DNA of 64,000 nt from NCBI GenBank assembly GCA_963769935.1, contig CAVYNY010000009.1, forward strand, positions 32,001 to 96,000. The letters are read 5' to 3'. Source of the DNA: an uncultured delta proteobacterium. GTDB lineage: Bacteria > Desulfobacterota > Desulfobacteria > Desulfobacterales > JAFDCJ01. Every line of letters begins with the position of its first letter. Position 1 is the stretch's first letter. The notes under the pieces were generated by a model. It made no database searches and was not told where the DNA came from. It worked only from the letters and a program-made list of their open reading frames with translations. The translations under genes were made by a program, and so were the position numbers. Shown in pieces: positions 60,830-64,000 of this stretch.

Positions 60830-61723
60830 TCACCTCAGAATTAGCACCGACGACTCGCCGGCCCGGATGAGTCGATCCACTGTCTTGCGGGAAAACGCCT
60901 TTTGCAGGATGGATTTTTCTCCCATCCAGAGCGCCATCAGGCCCCAGCGCCCTTCCTGGCTGACAAAGGTTTCCAGGGAGGAAATCTTCACCAGCTCTAT
61001 CCGCGGCCAGATTTTTTTGGCGGTATAGTATTTCAGAATCGCGTCCAATTTTCGTTCGACATTTTTGGGTAAACTCTCACCTTCCGTCAACCCCACAACT
61101 TCCAGCTCAGCCCCGTGAAGGGTTACCATCTGACTGATCATCTCAAGGGATTCCTGGCTGACACGGTCATGGTCCAGGCAGCAGAGAATTTTCTTAATTT
61201 CCTTCTCTTTTTTTATTACCCACACCGAGCAGTTGGCCGAGGAGGCTACTTTCTGCGGGATGTTGCCCCATTCTTCCCAGAAACACGCCTGGCCCCGTTC
61301 ACAGCCGAGAACAATAAGATCACTGCCGTCCTGCCGGGCTTCCGCCAGAATCTCCTTGACAGGATTCCCCTGGCGTATCGTCACATTGAAATCTTTACGG
61401 CTGCTGCGCCCCACGTAGAATTCCTGCCAAAGGTTGGGTTCTATTCGCAGCAGTTCGTATTCGAATTTCAGCTGGGTATAAGGCGAGGCCTCGCCTTCAA
61501 AACGGCTGAGAAACGCATCACGATAGGCATGCATGGCCTTGGCAAGAGAAGGATCAATTTTGCGCCGGCCTGAATCAGATGCGGATGTGTCGACGCCGGT
61601 CCTTTTTTTGGGCTGCAGCCCTAAAAGGGTGATGTCGCCCCAGGTGTTCATTGCCAGACCGGCCACCTGGTGAACAGCGTGGGCGCTGTAAGGATTTTGA
61701 TCTACAGCAACGAGAATTCTCAT
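60830..61723 (-). CDS. universal stress protein (tandem domains)
   Basis: MRILVAVD, G.P..EIL.EA, DLIVLG, CSV.V.K, SVLILR. Confidence 0.8.
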   Translation of the reverse strand: MRILVAVDQNPYSAHAVHQVAGLAMNTWGDITLLGLQPKKRTGVDTSASDSGRRKIDPSLAKAMHAYRDAFLSRFEGEASPYTQLKFEYELLRIEPNLWQEFYVGRSSRKDFNVTIRQGNPVKEILAEARQDGSDLIVLGCERGQACFWEEWGNIPQKVASSANCSVWVIKKEKEIKKILCCLDHDRVSQESLEMISQMVTLHGAELEVVGLTEGESLPKNVERKLDAILKYYTAKKIWPRIELVKISSLETFVSQEGRWGLMALWMGEKSILQKAFSRKTVDRLIRAGESSVLILR

Positions 61724-61738
61724 AAGTACCTCTAATTT

Positions 61739-62557
61739 TTAGTGCCAGCCAATCAGAACTGGAGAAGGATTGCGACTCAACAGATCTACCATGGGCCTAT
61801 TTTCTAAATTCTCACGCGGAAGAGACGCCAGGACCATACCGTAGTCCTGTATCGATTGATCGAGTGATTCGGAAACGGCTTCAACGATCCGGCTTGCTCT
61901 GGGTTTGCGGCCCTTTGCGGCCAGCATGTTCTCGGCAGCCCGCAGAGCGGTTTCCAGGCGGAATGTTGCGTTGGGCTCGGCAGCTTCTCCCGTATTCTGA
62001 AACCGGCAGCAAACGAGGTCGAGGTCGACCTGGACCCCTTCAAATAATTTTAAAAAGACCGATACGCAAGACTGCATGTCGTTTGCTTCCCCCAATGCCA
62101 AAATACCCTTGTCCAGACTCATCAGGTTTTTGACCAGTAAAGCCGGGCACGGCAGGTTTCGATAAAGCCGCGAATGGATTTTCTTTAGAAAATTCGCCGG
62201 TTCAAAAGCGTGCAAAATACCTTCGCTGAACAGATCGTAATCTGCAACCTGCAGCTCGTGCAGAATCTCCATATCCCGCTTGCCGGCAACCATTTTCGGA
62301 TTTCCCAGCTCGGGACATGCAACCTTTTCCGCCTGGATCAGCTGGGCAATGCTGTCCCGGCCCTTCAGGACCATCGCATCCTCCCAGGTCTGCCGCACCC
62401 AGCCGGTGCCCGGCGTAGGGCCTTGTTCATCCGGTTTGGCCACATAAATCATCTGCAGCCTCAAACCGGTCAATTCTGCCAAATGACAGGCATATCGTAT
62501 GGCAATACTGGATGCCAGATCAGCCTTTACAGCAATCAATGCCTTGAGCGTGCTCAT
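61739..62557 (-). CDS. universal stress protein-like
   Basis: LIAV, GTGWV..TWE, CPALLVK, PVLI. Confidence 0.65.
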   Translation of the reverse strand: MSTLKALIAVKADLASSIAIRYACHLAELTGLRLQMIYVAKPDEQGPTPGTGWVRQTWEDAMVLKGRDSIAQLIQAEKVACPELGNPKMVAGKRDMEILHELQVADYDLFSEGILHAFEPANFLKKIHSRLYRNLPCPALLVKNLMSLDKGILALGEANDMQSCVSVFLKLFEGVQVDLDLVCCRFQNTGEAAEPNATFRLETALRAAENMLAAKGRKPRASRIVEAVSESLDQSIQDYGMVLASLPRENLENRPMVDLLSRNPSPVLIGWH

Positions 62558-62676
62558 CGTCCTATATCCTCTTTCATGTCTACTTAACTAAGTACACGGT
62601 TTCATAAATAAGGCAGCGTATAATCTACTGAAGCCCAGCCGATGATTTGACCGCCTTTACGATGAATGATTTTAAT

Positions 62677-62832
62677 TTTCACCGCAAGACGCAATGAGCG
62701 CAAAGGGTACTTTTCTTTTCATTTGCCTTCCTCCTTGCCTTGCCATAGGCCCATTCTTTAAAGGACGAAGGCAGGTCAACGGCAAATAATAAATATTTTC
62801 TCTCTGCATCCTTCGCGCCTCTGCGGTGAAAA
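62677..62832. repeat. inverted 9-mer-arm element
   Basis: TTTCACCGCAAGACGCAATGAGCGCAAAG ... CTCTGCATCCTTCGCGCCTCTGCGGTGAAA. Confidence 0.65.
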
Positions 62833-62907
62833 AATATTACTACCAATACGTCACCGTAATTACGAATCGTGAACTAAGGCTTCCTCTGGAAGCCTCCGCC
62901 GCCGAAA

Positions 62908-64000
62908 TTACGGGTGCTCGTCAGCTAAATCAGCAGAGGCAACGATTTCAGCAGGGATGGTGGTGACCGGCAACGTCACGGTAAAGGAGGATCCCGCCCC
63001 TTCCCGGCTGCTGACCCGGATGCGCCCGCCGTGCTTGCCGACGATGCCCTGAGATACGCTCAACCCCAAGCCGGTGCCTTTACCCTTGCCTTTGGTGGTA
63101 AAAAAGGGATCAAAAATAGAGCCCAGGATGTGCCGCGGTATGCCGCTGCCGAAATCGATAATTTTCACCGCCAGGTAATGAGGGTCATCCGCCGGCACAA
63201 TGATGACCTGAATCTTGCTTCCTTTGGGCGAAGCATCTATGGCGTTTAACATCAGATTGAGAAAGACCTGTTCGAGCTGCTGGCTGTCGCCGTGCACCCG
63301 GGGCAGGTTGTCGGCGGTCTGAAATTCGATTTTAATGCCCGAAAGCTTGATCTGGTTGGAAGCCAGGTTGATGGTTTCCTCGAGCAGATGCACCAGGTCC
63401 AGCGGTTCAAGCTGGGAGCCGCTTTCCCGCGCAAAATCCAGCAGGTTGCTGATAATTTTTTTGGAGCGGCCGGCTTCATTGACCACATCACCGATCATTT
63501 CTTTGCGCTCCGCATCACTCAGGGTGTCATAGTCTTCCAGCAGCATGTCGGCCGTAAGGGTAATGTTGTTCAGCGGATTATTCAGTTCGTGGGCCACCCC
63601 GGCCGTAAGGGTACCCACCGCCCGCATTTTGTGGGACTGGATGAGCACGACCTCGCGGTTTTCCAGATCCTGGATCATGCGGTTGAACGCCAGAGCCAGT
63701 TCGGTGAACTCATCCCGGTAGGCACGGGCCGGCATGATGGGCGTATAATCCCCCGAAGCGATGCGCCGGGCGTACGTTGAAAAGCGCTTGATGGATCGGA
63801 GGAGGCGCGTACCCAGGAAAAAGGCGTAGATTCCTAAAAAGATCAGCAAAATGATCAGCGAGTAGATAGTGATATAGCGCGAACGGGCGATGACGTCGGT
63901 CAGGGATTTCTTCTCCCGCCGCATCATACCCTGAGCGTAGGAAAGCAGCTGGTGGCCGTATTTTCGCAGTTCCGGTTCGATTTCATTTTTTTCCCGCTGA
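62908..64000 (-). CDS. membrane HAMP histidine kinase, NtrB-like (5' end outside window)
   Basis: TM, HAMP, AHELNNPL, QVFLNL..NA, D.G.G, FDPFFTTK, GTGLGL. Confidence 0.92.
   Translation of the reverse strand, partial: QREKNEIEPELRKYGHQLLSYAQGMMRREKKSLTDVIARSRYITIYSLIILLIFLGIYAFFLGTRLLRSIKRFSTYARRIASGDYTPIMPARAYRDEFTELALAFNRMIQDLENREVVLIQSHKMRAVGTLTAGVAHELNNPLNNITLTADMLLEDYDTLSDAERKEMIGDVVNEAGRSKKIISNLLDFARESGSQLEPLDLVHLLEETINLASNQIKLSGIKIEFQTADNLPRVHGDSQQLEQVFLNLMLNAIDASPKGSKIQVIIVPADDPHYLAVKIIDFGSGIPRHILGSIFDPFFTTKGKGKGTGLGLSVSQGIVGKHGGRIRVSSREGAGSSFTVTLPVTTIPAEIVASADLADEHP

Overview
Chromosomal window, about 50% GC by eye. Gene content (sigma54 activators, corrinoid methyltransferase parts, USP/Lon cluster) suggests a Desulfobacterales-like deltaproteobacterium, which is an inference. 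Contents in order: TPR-extended PilB/GspE ATPase (cut by the left edge); FmdB zinc-ribbon protein; DegQ; Gld-like ABC/DUF4340 operon; polar and branched-chain amino-acid ABC systems with a saccharopine-dehydrogenase-like gene; Lrp-gcvH-gcvPA-gcvPB-lipB-lipA with no gcvT; frameshifted alr; serB; orphan hydantoinase-like gene; MntH-USP; TRAP-IclR-kduD-kduI uronate operon; sigma54-controlled corrinoid protein plus CH3-THF methyltransferase; PP2C; DUF4242-cyclase; low-GC PEP-CTERM/ExeA-TPR/LysM island; BaeSR-like pair; bactofilin; and a histidine kinase-USP-USP-Lon cluster. Best leads: (1) a Lon protease with an intact receiver domain inserted just ahead of its Walker A motif; (2) a class III cyclase with non-canonical base-specifying residues; (3) a candidate sigma54-dependent sRNA; (4) a small ORF and long hairpin upstream of mntH; (5) many modular, nested intergenic elements built from inverted 7/9-mer tandem arms. 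No rRNA, tRNA, CRISPR array or transposase was seen. Several frameshifts are probably assembly errors. All calls come from motif recognition only, with no database searches.
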